Part shown: one piece after another, positions 63,081 to 64,000 of the stretch | Numbering within the stretch: position 1 is the stretch's first letter | Layout: each line of letters begins with the position of its first letter | Assembly: GCA_051313645.2 (NCBI GenBank) | Contig: JBNRSN020000012.1 | Location: 118,792,001 to 118,856,000, forward strand | Reading direction: 5' to 3' | Source of the DNA: Centroscyllium fabricii | Lineage: Eukaryota | Length of the DNA stretch: 64,000 nt | Position numbers and translations under genes: made by a program | The notes under the pieces: generated by a model | Seen by the model: the letters and a program-made list of their open reading frames with translations, nothing else | Databases searched by the model: none | Told to the model about the DNA's origin: nothing

Positions 63081-64000
63081 TAGTCCACAAGGACATCGAC
63101 AGAAAGAAAACTCCCCAGGGGTATTTTTAACCAAACCAGCTTGAAGAGAAACTGATGGGATCGGACCGGCCGCCCGTTTTCCCGCCCAACTTTGTTTCTG
63201 TTGACTTCAGTGGAAATATTAAGATTATAAAAAGGTACAGGTAAGATAAATGTCAACAAATTGAACATGTCACAGGTTCTACAAGAGGGCATGGCCTCAA
63301 ACTTATGAAAAGTACTTTGACAATTTAGGAAACAAATTTTAGTTTAAAAAAATTATTTTGACCTGCCATAGTTTGCTCTGGCATTAACAGCTTGTAAAAG
63401 CTATATAACAAAATTAAACTGCCAGTAATGATGATTAATCCAGGGGCAAATGGAGAAACCCACTCCCGAATACTCTTGTCAGAAATAGTAAATGAAAGGG
63501 TTAATTGCTTTTGACCATTAATGATTCAGCAGTAGCTTGACCCTCCTCTTGATGATGAATGGAGGGTTACTGACCCGCATGTGTTTCGCATTAAGGCCAA
63601 GCTTTGCTGTGACATCTTCAAGAGCATTTATCAGGATTCCACTGACAGCATGTTCTGTAAATGACAGAAAGCAAATGTGTAAGGGTCAGAAAGGAGTATG
63701 TCATCAGCTCCTGTATAATACATTTCTGAATCTAAAAAACTGTCAGTGGAGTTTGAAACAAGAATGTTAATTCGCTGCAAGAAAATATATTATGTATGAG
63801 GAAGACCTTATTTAGGTTGAAAATAATGAAATACGGTATAGCTTTTGCTAGCAATTTGATTCTCTAGATGATGCACCACAGTGGCAAAAGATGGATTATT
63901 AATCTGTGAATAAAATGTATTTTTTTAATGCTGTGCAGTTTTCTGGTTCAGAGGAAAGAGAAATGAAATATAATCGGCCATCAGAAAATTTGATTCACTT

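Noticed and set aside
51257-64000. PAX3 exon 8 (VMGLL...)
   Set aside because: No matching coding sequence with an acceptor was found; it probably lies beyond the window.

Overview
Eukaryotic, intron-dominated vertebrate DNA, almost certainly from a shark or ray (HE1-type V-SINEs with CR1 tails, SacSINE1-like Deu-domain SINEs, abundant CR1 LINEs). The window lies inside a + strand PAX3 gene. It starts in the long intron 4 and contains three intact coding exons: 43334-43533 (homeodomain N-part), 48269-48434 (homeodomain helix 3 onward) and 51042-51256 (P/S/T-rich region). It ends in intron 7; exons 1-4 and 8+ are not visible. The first ~22 kb are nearly transposon-free and carry several enhancer-like motif clusters. 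From 26 kb onward it is a dense, nested mobile-element field: CR1 LINEs, SINEs, a near full-length but inactivated two-gene PIF/Harbinger transposon (56040-59125), many Harbinger-type MITEs with 3-bp target duplications, a Tc1/pogo-type MITE and a degenerate ~33-bp satellite. A second, cleaner 33-35-bp minisatellite lies at 4795-6295. I see no evidence for a novel protein-coding system; most supplied ORFs are noise from repeats. The most interesting unexplained structures are: a hairpin module in a CR1 3'UTR at whose base a sibling copy is truncated; an E-box-rich minisatellite that grew inside a SINE; a three-TIR, CpG-rich composite MITE; a symmetric TCF-homeobox-TCF palindrome; and an inverted MITE pair bracketing exons 5-7. 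All alignments were done by eye, so boundaries of degraded repeats are approximate.
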